Assembly (NCBI GenBank): GCA_030704615.1
Contig: CM060731.1
Coordinates: 71,114,001 to 71,178,000, forward strand
From: Takakia lepidozioides
Taxonomy: Eukaryota > Plantae > Bryophyta
Length of the DNA stretch: 64,000 bases
Reading direction: 5' to 3'
The stretch's first letter is position 1. Every line of letters begins with the position of its first letter. A program made the translations under genes and the position numbers. This document shows, one piece after another, positions 15,428 to 27,565 of the stretch. Under the pieces are notes generated by a model that was not told where the DNA came from, made no database searches, and worked only from the letters and a program-made list of their open reading frames with translations.

Positions 15428-17479
15428 TCTTGGCCTCTGGCTGTTTCCTACACAGCCCGGATGCGGTAATACCTTATTTTCACACAAAGCCTTGGACTTG
15501 ATAGAATAAATGATGCCAGAACTTAATCAATCATAACTGTGTAGAAGCAGCTTCATCACGTATACTTGTTCTCCCCAGCTGTCATACTTCTGTGGGCACA
15601 TATGATGATATCATAGTTTCCAGGGTCCCTTGTGGAAGTTCTTCTCATAATATGGCTCCCTTCTACTGTCTATACCACCGCTGGAGACAGATATGTTTCT
15701 TTTTCAACGTCCTCGCTAGGGCTGTCAGCCAATCCTAGACGCGTTGACACCCCTCAACATACTCCCAAGCTGCAAACTAGCTGTCTGACTAAGACCCAGT
15801 CACTCTTTCAAGACAGTTCAACAATCTCTCGCTGAGATGACCGAGCGCGTGGTCGTCCAGAGCAAAGAGCATCATTAACTTCCACTCCAATCCACCGGAT
15901 CCACCAGACCCACAAGCACTTTGACTCCCACCTTGCACAGAGCAACACCAGAATGCGATGCACCTGTAATGCAAAATGCAAAGAACGATGCGCATCAAAC
16001 CGAAGCTGTGCATGTGTCCGCTACATCAGCGAGAGAAAGCCCTAGCAGACATGTGCACACAGGGGTTGCATGCAGGAATGATGAGCAGCAGGCGAGGGTG
16101 GAGCAATCTGGCAGGGCAGCGTGCTGCCTCGCACGCTCTTGCGTAGCTCGCTAGGTTTGCTTCTGCGCTGCCTCATCTCCCAGACCTCGTTATTCTTCCA
16201 TCCAATCCATCGTTCTTCATCCAGCGGTTCTGATTCGGGACTCGGAGCCAGCTGTCGCCTGTGTCGTGTCTTGAAATAGTAACGTCCACGTGTCGATATC
16301 TGGAAATATTGCTTATAATCTCATATTATATGTACTTTATACTTTATTTTTTATTATTTTTGTACTTTATGTTTAGAGTCGGAACCCAAAATTGACCACT
16401 AAAATTAAAAATTAAATGATAAGAACCCAGCAGCCGTACGGTAGGTCAGTTGGATAATAGAGTTATCCATAAATTCCATCAACTGAGGTCGAGTCGACCT
16501 ACTTCATGGTAAAACTTGTGTCCAACTATGATGTGCGTTTTTAGGCATTATTGTCGTATTCAATTTGTACTCAAAACACTTGCCCAAACACATTGTCAAG
16601 TTATTTCATCACTAGTACAAAACTAGCTAGGAAATAGCTAGCTTTTACATATTGACATTTGGGATTGGCCCAAGTGTCAATCCAGGGGTCAAGGCAGATT
16701 TAGGCCCTGAAGTGATTATCTTCACAACAAGCGCGGGAGGCTCATATTTCTCGAGTTCAGCCTCACCGCGCTTAGCTATGGCGCCGTAGTGTTGCACTTG
16801 GCTTGACTTGTATTTGAGTGATGAGTTTATATATGCATGAGTTTATGCTTCAGCTTTATGAGCTCGCATGAGCTTGTGTTTGTATTCTTCTTATTTATCA
16901 CTCGAGAAAGATGAGCTCGTATCTGTGAGTGTCAGATACGAGTTAGTTGTAGCATTTGTGGTTTTTGCTTGAGAATAAGAGAAATCAGGTTTGGATGCGA
17001 AGAGCATCATCAAGGTCATGGTTATAATAAAGAGCGGAGGCGATATTGGTTACGAGATGGTAGACCTTGGCATTTGATCTTCAGCTTCAGAGATGAAAGC
17101 ACTGTGCTGCAGGTAATTCCAGAGCACCTTGATGATTTCAGATTGTGTGCGGTGAGCACGAGTGAGAAGAGGATCAGTCATGAGCATATGAGGCTGAACA
17201 AGAGCAGGTTATAGTGGCTCTAGCGCGAATCTGAGAACTGGCCTTGGGAATACGAGTGATACTCTTATGTAGCAGGGCAGCTCACTGCAAAACACTTTGA
17301 ATAGTTCGCGTATGTGATATTTCTGTCATGTCATGCGGAATACCCACTTATTCTGTCACATTCTTCTTGCATTGTCCAGAACTTTTCGATCATTTTGGTT
17401 GTCGTGCACCTACGCATCGTGCCACAACATACATCATTGTCTACCACACATTCTAAGCACACACAATCCTAGAAAGCTA

Positions 17480-17914
17480 TGTCACAATGATAAGAGATGA
17501 TCAGAAATGAAACAAGTAGAAGACAATGAAAACTCTCAAAACATGTAGCACTCACACTAAGATCAACAAGCCATAGTCCTTCCAAGTGAAATCCACTTTA
17601 TCACATAAACTAAGTCAAGCCAATGGCACCTTTGCTGTAAGAATCCACCCTACAAAGCCCTCAACACACACTCTCTCAATACCTAGAGCTATGCAGATGA
17701 AAGAGGCTCATGGAGGCTCAACTACAAGCAGATGAGCCTCCTCAACCCTCACCCGGGGAAAACCTATCCCCATGTCCCAAATGAGGCTTGATACCTCAAT
17801 TGGCATATGAGACCAAATGAAGTCTCAATACACAAATTACAAATATAAATATCCAAAATGTCATAGTTAACTAGAAGTAGGTAATTTTAGTTAACCATGA
17901 TTGAAACCATGACA
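17480..17914. mobile_element. Possible solo LTR or LTR remnant
   Basis: Bounded by tgtca...tgaca with LTR-like composition, but no matching TSD was found. Confidence 0.3.
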
Positions 17915-19700
17915 TAGGATATAAAATGTATGGATTTTGCTACCAATGAGTATCAATAATGCATGTTTTGTAAAATTTCAACTCTGTGGTATTGTAGACT
18001 GATGTATTGCATGTTATCAACATCGGGTAGCAATAGTTATGTCAATATAGTGCACATGCAAAAAAAAATGTATACTTAAGTCACATGCATCATGCAGCAA
18101 CATGGCTTTGAACATGTCATGATCATTGATATCAAACTGAATGAGGGAAAACGTAACACATGTATACATCAAAGTCCATAATTCAAGACATAAATTATAT
18201 ATAGGTACATCACACATTGAGGTGGCTGCTAAACTTGAAAGAAGTCTAAATTTGTAGTTGTTCCTACTATTAAACCTAAACCTATCAATATAAGTGTCGC
18301 CTCCCCCATGCTGAACAACATAACAACAAAACATGAGGCAGCTGGTACCAACAATGAGCACCACACCCTAACCCTAGCCGGGTAGGGTTTATGAGGAACG
18401 ACAACTTTAAGTATATCCGACATGTGTGTTATAGAGGAAATTCGCCTACAACTTATTACCGTTAGGTAGAGTACATTATAACCGGTTGAACCCTCAATAA
18501 CAGTCCAACACTCCCAAAATGACATTGCAAAAGAGGCTATAGTTAGAATTGGGATTTTCGGTTGGGATTTGGAGGCCAAGAAGTTAACATACCTACCACA
18601 AATTGTAATAAGTTAAAGACAACAAACATTTTATGGCCATCGATGTACTATGAACTAAAATCTTAATGTTAACCGTTAAGGGCCCATGAGAGTACCTGTT
18701 TTGGGTTTTGAGGAAGAATAATTTCCTACGTATGTTTTTGCAGATCTTAATATTTTTAAATGGTTCCAACGCAATTAAACTTTTGACAACATGGTCCACC
18801 TTCTCTCATTGAAAGCAATAAACTCTAATGAATTGTTGTACATGTAGATTTTCTTGAAAAGAGAAGGGTCAGGAAATTGGAGCATGGAGGAGGGCCACAC
18901 ATAGTTGACTCTCTACGTGGCGAGTCACAATTGGCCCATGGTTGGGACCACTTGAGCGCTTAGATTTGTAAATTCCACCATCGGATCTAAGTTTTTTATT
19001 AGACATACTATTGTAGTGCATTCCACACCATCATATGAGGTTGAGTGAAACATCTCATTATTAAGGAGTCAATAATTTGGCATGTGCTCATTTTGAATTG
19101 CCAAGCTATGGAGGCTATCCCTCCCCCCCAAATAGATGCAACAAACCCTAATTTTTTTTTTAAATGTTGTTTGGCTTGGAATTTTCATAGTAGCTGGTTA
19201 GGATACCATAGCACATTTATGTTGGGAGGCAAGTGCCAGAAAAATCAATATGTCACTCAAACAACTTCATCAAAGCTCATTTTTGATACTTAGCAAAATT
19301 CAAAACCCCCACTAAAACACTAAAATCTCTCGTCCTATGGGGAATTTCTCCACAATTACATATCCAGCAAAATAAATACGATAAGGTTCATTTTTTGGAT
19401 GTAACACGGTAGATGTGTAGCCTCAGTTAGTTGCCCAATGGCGGGCTCTTAATGAAAAAGTTAAAATTGTGTAGACTAATTTGACATGTACTCATAAAAT
19501 ACATGTCAAAGGACACATATCTCACTTGGATAGTGCAGTCAGCACCACCTAGGAAATTCTCGGCAGAAATCCTGCACTAGGAAGATTGTAGTCTTTTGGT
19601 CTCTTGATTCTTTTGGGGAATTTTTGGATTCTCTGAGCAGTCACTTTGGGTTCTAAAGTACTCCTTACAAAACTACACCTAATACAAAAAGTCATTCGAT

Positions 19701-20109
19701 GGGAGCCTTCACATTCCGTTGCAGCCCTTCCAGATGGGATCCCCAGACGGATGTGTCCTCCTCGTAGGCAAAGAGGTGCCGGTCGGAAAACCGCCCAGCC
19801 CACATTGAGGCACCTATTACAATGCCATCCACACATTATGACATGGCCCTTCAGATGTTGCGAATGAAAGCATAACAAGAATTTGCAGAACAACATACAA
19901 CAAGATTCTGCATACCTGTCCCACAGATGAGGTCGAGCACTGTGCCCTCCACGTCAGTGCATGTCTCCATAATTGTCTGAATGAAGGCAGGGCTCCAAGT
20001 CCGTGAATACCGCAGGGGTTCAGTTGAAGTGAGGCTATGAGGGAGAAGTTCCGTGGGAACGTTGTTGAACAGGACGTCGTAATCGATGGGGTCGCAGTTC
20101 GGGTCAACC
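19701..20109 (-). pseudogene. Inverted ~409-bp copy of the methyltransferase motif-I exons and their intron (49,412-49,820)
   Basis: Encodes VDPNCDPIDYDVLFNNVP...TVLDLICGTG, then the intron, then ASMWAGRFSDRHLFAYEED; near-identical to the reverse complement of 49,412-49,820. Confidence 0.92.
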
Positions 20110-20919
20110 AACAATCCAAGTTAAGAAGTGAATTAGTTCGAGACAGGTGTAGATGAAATATTTATAGATGAAATATGTAAACTAGATGTAATTCATACAG
20201 TGATCAACAGACCAGACATATGTCTGTCCAATCAACACTTGCAAAACAATTGGCTGGTGTAGGTCGTCGATTGATTGTTTCATAATTCCAGGGCTTGCAT
20301 GTATTCCATGCATTTGTTGGCCTTGCCTTTCTCAAGCAAGACTACGCAAAGGGTTTTGATACTTAGGACCGATACTTGCGATTAAGTTTCAAATTAGATC
20401 AAGACTAGTGTAATGGTAATATTTCATCCATACCTAGGAATGAATGAAATCCCTAGATGAATAGTTTCATACATGCGTGAGTGGTTGGAAAGAACAAAAA
20501 GGCTCCATAACCTCAACTCAACCATCAGGACTTGCATCACAAGTCATAACTTATATGGCAGGGCTTGTATGGATTACATGCAATTGTTCGAGGAAAAAAA
20601 ATAATTCAAAATAAATAAATAAATAAAATGAAGTAAATATGTATTTTGGAAAGCAAACCTGGCGACCACAATTCCAACCTTTGAAGGTGGGGGAACATCA
20701 GAGGACGAGAAATAATCATTTAAAATAGAAAGTTAGTATAATAATGATAGCTTTTATCCCAAAAATTAATAGATAAATAAGATAAAAAATAAATATTTGC
20801 TTGATGTGCTTAACCCCTAAAGGACAACGCAACACGATATTCTTGCCACGATCCAGCTTTCATAGAACATTGGATGGAAGTGAACATGGGAATTTACAGC
20901 GTCCTAAAATAATACAACG

Positions 20920-22921
20920 GAAGAACCTGGCTCTAAAAAAATGCCTGGGAACCTGCCAAAGACTATTGGAACGGGGTAATCTTGATCCGCAAAGCCTCCA
21001 AACTTACCATGAAGCCAGACAAAACCTAGAAGCGTTCGCTTCTTTGCATGAACAGAGGCTGAAACTTCAAGCTGGCATCAATTGGGCAACAAAGGGGGAG
21101 AAAATGACCAAGTACTTTTTCGAAAAAGTACAAGTCAGAAAAACATCCCAGATCATTATTGAGCTGAAGAACTCTCAAGGGAATTGCTCCTCGGATCCAA
21201 AGGACATGGTTGCGGCAGCGCACTCCCACTTTCAGGAACTCTTCAAACAAAGGCCAGATTCTCAAAGTATAGCCTCTACAAGGGAAACATGCCTACGTAG
21301 TCACCAAACAAAGCTCAGTCAAACCTCTGCAGCCTCTCTTGACGGGGAATTCACACAAACTGAATTATCCATGGCATTGGACCTTCCTTATGTCTAATCG
21401 CAAATCCCCTGGCTTTGACGGGATGCCAGTTGAATTTTATAAGGCTCTGGCAGGTTTTGTCCTCCGACTTCTGTAACATGGCCAATGAGATAAAGAGGCA
21501 AGGATCTATGCCCCAGCCAATGGCCCAAGGCATTATATCCTTACTCTTTAGGAAAGGGGATAGAAAGGTCATCTCCAATTACAGGCCGATTACATTACTC
21601 AATGTAAGCTACAAGATTATAGCAAAAACCCTTGCTTTACGCCTCCAGCCTCTCCTCCCAAAAATCATCAGACCAAGTCAAGCGAGTTTCATCAAAAGTA
21701 GATATATATTGGACAACATCCTCCTGGCGCAAGAAACCCCCATCTATGCAGAAGCTACATCGCAGCCCATAGTAATGCTCTTATTAGACTTCGAAAAAAC
21801 CTTTGACAAAGTTGAATGGCCAATGTTATTTGCAACACTTAAAAAATCGGGGCTCTCTCCAGATTATTGCAAATGGGTGGAGATCCTTTTGATTAACGCC
21901 TCAAGCAGGGTTATGGTAAACGGATTCTTTTCAAAGCCCTTCGATCTCCAACGATCAGTCCGCCAGGGATGCCCTCTGGCACCTTTCCTATTTTTAATAA
22001 TGGCAGACTCGTTGGGCTACCTCTTAGACAGCAACCCGAATATTGTTGGCCTCAAGCTCAAACCAACCAGGACCTGCAGATAAAGGATTCTATGTTTGTT
22101 GACGACACAGTTCTCTACCTACAAGCCACCCCATCCAACCTGGAAGAAGCCAACAAATCCCTCTCAGCCCAAATGGCTGCAGAATGGGGAGATAATGACA
22201 CTACTGGGTCACCCCTTTGGGGTTAATCTCACGGATGATCAAAGGATGGGTCATGTCATAGCCAAGCTCCAAAAAAAACTGGTGTACTGGGGTTCACGTC
22301 ACCTATCATTAACTGGAAGGGCTCTGGTTGCGAATCAAATCTTGCTGGCTAGCATTTGGTACTTTGCTTCAGTTTGGAGCCCCTCCGCCACACAAATCAA
22401 TGTCATAAAAAGAACCATCCGTAACTTTATTTGGGGTGCAAACTCAAGTGAGAAAAGCCCCAGACCTGTTGTTTCTTGGGCTCAAATTTGTTTGCAGACA
22501 AGGAAAAAAAGGTGGCCTTGGCATATTAGATCCTGGTAACCAGATCAGGGCTCTTCTGGGAAAATGGGTGGTCAGGCTGTTGGGTCCTGAGGGAGGCTGG
22601 TGGAAACACCTTATTTATCAACATGTGGTCAACAGCTCTCCTCTGAAATCCAAAATATGGGGCCCATCTCTTAGATGGATCACACAGGGTTTTAAACACA
22701 AGGCCCGAGGGTCTCCTCTGTGGAAGGCCATTTGGGATATTTGGGGATCAGTCAGGCCTCACTTGGTTAAAGGGGAACCGCAAACTTATGAGGAAACAAT
22801 GCGCCAATTCCTATCCCTTAACTCCAATGCCCCTTCCCCCGCAGAAAAGGCTTTGGCGGCCAAGTACTCTACCTGGGACAAACTTAACTTTTCTCAGGTA
22901 AAAGACATCTGGGATGGGCAT
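20920..22921 (+). mobile_element. L1/Tx1-type LINE ORF2 remnant; 5'-truncated, frameshifted, interrupted by the CACTA insertion
   Basis: KSPGFDG, NYRPITLLNVSYKIIAK, LDFEKTFDKVEW, VRQGCPLAPFLF, FVDD and GGLGI across ORFs at 20801, 21415, 22096 and 22436. Confidence 0.9.
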
Positions 22922-23670
22922 CACTACACGAAAAGGGGGGCCTTTGCGACGCCCGCGCCACGCCGCAACGTCGGGAAAACGCCCTTTTCGGGCACGCGGG
23001 AGGCGCACAATTTGCGACGCCCGGCCGTCGCCCTACAATCGCAAGGGCGTCGCCAAAATGACGTCACAAAAATGCGACGTATGGGGGTCGCGAGCCCCCG
23101 CCCCAACTCCCGCGACTGCCAGACGTCGGTTTTTCAGGCCGTCCGCGCCGATGGCAGGAGCCTCTTCGAGCGACGTCTCACCGTCGCTGCCCTCCAGCCG
23201 ATGGCGTTGAGGGGGGCGCCGGCGCGGCGTTGCATCCCTTTTTTTTTTCTAACCTGCCCGGGAGTCAGCCAGGTGGTACGGCAAGCGACGCTCGTGTATC
23301 GCTGCTAGCGACTATTGGGCGTGGCACAAAACAGCGGGAGTCGGTCTCCGCCACACCCCGGGCGTGGGTTTTTGCGACGCTTCGGCGTCGCTTTTTTTTT
23401 AAAATTTAAAAATATTTATTTATTTATTTATTTATATTTATATTTATATTTTTATTTTTAAAAAGAAAAAAGAAAAAAGAAAGTGGCGCAGGTAGGGTGG
23501 CGGTCTCCGCGACGCCAGGGCGTCGCGGATTGCAACCCCCAGACTAAAAAACACGTCGCAGGGGGTGTCGGGCGTTGCCGCCCGCAAATGGGGTTTGCGA
23601 CGCCCGACCGTCGCTGCTTGCGACCCCCGCCCAAAAAACACATCGCCATTGGCGACGTGATGCAGTCGCG
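22922..23670 (+). mobile_element. Left terminus and subterminal repeats of a CACTA/EnSpm transposon; the element extends at least to ~37,400 and no right TIR was found in the window
   Basis: CACTACACGAAAA begins exactly where LINE coding stops, followed by many GCGACG(CC)/(GG)CGTCGC motifs in both orientations. Predicted 3-bp TSD is CAT. Confidence 0.88.
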
Positions 23671-23949
23671 AGGGCAGCCTGGTGGGGGGGGGGTTGGGGG
23701 TTCATTTTGGGGGTGAATTGGGGATGGTTTTTTGTTTTTTCCTTGGTTTTGTATTTGGGGATGGGAGAACTTACAGTTCCATTTCTCTGAGTTAGCAGGT
23801 ACACAATTGAGCAAGCATGAATCGAGGGTGAGGACGGTGCGACACATGAATAAGATGGAAGATGGAAATATGGAAATATGTTTACAAAAAATGAGCTGAA
23901 AAGCTCACAAGGGTTCAGTAGACTGACCCTGGGACCTACATGGACTAGG

Positions 23950-25950
23950 ACTAGTCATCCTCATCCTCATCCTCAGTGGAGGACTCAGAGCTATCCGTTG
24001 AGCCTGATGACTCCACGCCCTTTGCCAGAGCACATAAATGAGGTGGCGTTCCCCTAAGTCCTATAGAGCTCTCATCCAATCCCTGGGCATGACCATTGAT
24101 CTCATCCATACTAGTGCCCTATAGTGCACTCATCCCCTCTGTGTTGGCCATGTTCTTCATGAGGGATTGCCAACCATGCTCCTTGGCATAGTTGTACTCT
24201 ACCGGAGATGTCTTCCCCTCAAACGCGTGTTGCTTTACATGCCACAAATTAAAGTCAGTTCTTCGCGATGGTGGAGCCAGAAAGAAGACATAACAAAATC
24301 CACAGGGAAGTACGACTTACAAATCGCAAGATAAAACCCTTGGATCCGCCGGCGCCCCACTTGTGTGTGGATTCGTGCTTGTCAAGACGGACTGTTGTTG
24401 CTTCGCGTGCCCGGTCAAATTTGGCCTTGTTTGCGGCATCAGTCTCTCCCGCAATGAGTGCATCCCACGATACCTATGCACCCCCTCCCTCCCAACAATT
24501 AGTGAATTACACACATACGTTGCATCGAATCCACCTCATTAATGCACATGCGACAAATGGAAGGTGACATGATTCAGGATTTGCCAACCTGTGTAATTCC
24601 ATAAGGTGGTTTGGGTATGGCCCCCTTTTCCATTGCCCTCCGAATGATCTGTCTGGCACGGTACCTCTTGTCCTTCAAGTTTCGCCCCACCATCTCCATC
24701 ACCCTTGTGTCACTCCAATTGCCCGGAAACCGGCAGTCTAACTCACGGGTATACGCCCGCTTTGCGCCAAAGTGCTGATCAGCCCACTCGATGTGCAAAG
24801 GGAACCACCTCAATGCGAGTTCGAAGGCTGGCTTCTTCATAGCCTCCCAGAACACATCGCAGGGGTCACCATGGCGATTCACCTCCACCGGTGGCACCAC
24901 GATCTTTGCAGACTCCACGTCCTGTATCGCCAAGGCCATCCCACCCTCTCCCTTCTTTGTAGCCTCCTTCCCCTGCTCCTTTGTTACCCCACTGCCCTCC
25001 CCCGCATGCACACTCACCCCTTCCTCTCCATGGGACTTCTTTTTCTTCTTCTTCTTTTCCTTCCCCTTCTCCACGACCATCTCCTTCCCCTTCCCCACTA
25101 CTTCCTCTCTCTCCTTCTCCCTCTCCCTTCTCTCTCTCCTCGGCAGCCCCTTCATTGATGGTAAAAGGGATCTCGGGAGATCGAGGCCTCTTCTTCTTAC
25201 CTTTGGTGTTCGGGTCCTTCATGAACACCACGTGCTCTCCCTCATTGGCAACCCCACTGGACTGCACCAATGAGGCCAGCCATGTTGCTACCTCCTGAAG
25301 ACAAATAACCCCTCCAAATTCAAAAAAAGAAACAAACAACAAAGAAAATCATGCATGCAAAGGAACGGATAAATCATGGAACAAGGTGCGACAGTTGTAC
25401 CTTTGCAAGCTTGTCTGACTCGCCCCTGGTGTCACCCGATGTGGGAGGAGTCCCCGTTTCCGGATGTGCCCGCTCTATCCCTTCCCGGAGCGCCACTGGA
25501 AGTAGATTCCAGATGTGGAGCATAGCCGGCGGTGGCACCCCGTAGTCCAGGCCCTTCTTTGTTGACCGCTCAGGCTCAGGGGGCGGTGTCGCTGATCGGC
25601 TAGGCTGCTCCAAACCAGCCCATACCTCCTCCTCCCCCCCCCCCCCCCCAAATGCGTATCAAGGTAGAAGCCCTCACCCGGCTTGACTTCTTCGAGGCGT
25701 TTCGCTCTCTTGGGCACTTCATTGGCCCTCCTCGTCTCCTCCTCCCTCATCGACAACAATGGGCTAGCAATGGAGGCTTTTAAAGGCCCTTGAACCTGAC
25801 GTTGGGCCTTGGCAAGTGCAGCCTTTGCTGCGGAGGAAGGGGTCGCTATGGGGGTGACATCCAAAAGGTGCCCATACCGGGCCCCCGAACGGGTGATGTG
25901 CTTGCCAAGGTACATTTCACCTGTCTTGGTGGCCGGGGGTGTGCTCAACT
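23950..25950 (-). CDS. CACTA TnpA-like (Transposase_24-like) multi-exon gene, copy 1
   Basis: Exon ...GRNLKDKRYRARQ...PKPPYGITQ then SWDALI...HKWGAGGS parallels the TnpA-like ORF at 30,142-31,506. Exon structure is approximate. Confidence 0.5.
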
Positions 25951-27565
25951 AAGCATTTGGCTCAGCAACAACCTCCCGAATAGGAGAGCTGGCTGAGCCG
26001 GCCCTGGCGCATCCAAGATGTGGACAAGAGGGGGGGTACTGGCCTCGGGGGGCAGACGAGCCCTCCGGCTGCGGCTGTCGACGGGGCTGGTTAGCCGTGA
26101 GACGCCCTGGCGCGTCACACGTGCCGGCAAAGCAAATGGATTGTCCGCCCCTTTCTTTGGGGCAAGGGACTTCTTTTCTTTCCCCATAAGCTGGCACATG
26201 TCATGCAAACCCACAAGTTGGCCTCATTAGGAACATTCCAGATCAAAAACAAAAAAAACCAAGCATGTCAGGGGCTGAGAGCAGCAAGTGCTCGGGGTCT
26301 CGAGAGGGGGCAACAAAGAGAAAAGAAAAAGGTGGGGGGGGGAAGTGACTGAGCACCACCAGCAGCTTCTGAGCACCATGGGCTCAGTCACCACACACCC
26401 CCCCCCCCCCCCCCCATTTTATTTTATTTTTGTATCCTGATCTCTCCCTCTCTCCCTCTCCCTCTCTATCTCTCTCTCCCTCCCTATCTTTTTTGTTGTT
26501 CACAAAAGTAAACAAACCACAAGGGAGAGAGGGTGCAGAAAAAGTTAAAAGATTGTACTCATAAGACGTTGTTTGCCGTAGCCTTGTGGCCATTGACCCC
26601 GCACTAGCACAGAAACTGGTTTTTTTAACGGCTCTTCTCACACATTTTGGTGTGAAAAAAACGTTCACACCCCCCCTTGGTGTTAGGTTAACCTAGTCAT
26701 TTGCACCACATGTGAACTTTCTTGGTCCTGTGAAAAAAACCATCTCACACCAAACTTGCACCTGATGTGGCAATAGGCTTAGGTGGCTCTTTTGACGGAT
26801 ATTTTGACGGTCGTTTTGACTGGTTAGTTCAACTACTATTTTGACTAAGTAATCTTAATGGTCTTTCTACGGTACTTATTACACCTCGGCGCCACCATGT
26901 TTGCCACATGTATGTCAAAGGGAATGCCACGTAATAGAGTCCATCAGAATTATTAAATAAATAATAGATATTAAGGGCTCTTCTTACGGACTCTCTCACA
27001 CAGATTTAACACCAGGTTCAAGTCGTGGTGTGATCGCAATGACACTAGTGTGAATACTGTCACATCCACTGTTTTGTTCCTATTGGATGAAAAGTAAACA
27101 ATTATTATTTGTTGACAAATGCCAAAATGAATAGTCATATTATTATTATTATTATTCTTATAATAAATGGGATAGCACCCCAAAAGCCATTGGCTGCTTG
27201 ATTTAATATGTAATATATTATTGTTTCAGAAATTTGATTTGTTTTGTTTCATTTAAACAAAAGCTTATTTAAAACATGGATAATAATTGTATTATGAACC
27301 ACATTGACCAGTAGTAATGTTATTAATATTAAATATAGCAAACAACCAGCAAAATACCACATTCATGTCTACACAAGTTTAATTTGGCTTGATGTGGGAA
27401 AATGAAGTTGTCTTTGAACAAGGGGATCTTGTGATCATACATGAGAATAACAAGAGCATCAATTCAAAAAATTACTGTTCATGTCAGAAGAGCAGTTTTG
27501 TTCACCTGTCTCAGCAACCTTCAATCCATAAAGAAAACTAAACTAAACTTGTAGCATCTTCAATA

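Noticed and set aside
16430-16520. tRNA or tRNA-derived SINE (A-box-like GGTAGGTCAGTTGG, B-box-like GAGGTCGAGTC)
   Set aside because: No cloverleaf, degenerate boxes, and no tail or TSD seen.
18229-18800. Possible SWIM/MULE remnant (EGSTGYNV)
   Set aside because: Too degenerate; no CxC...CxH motif could be recovered.
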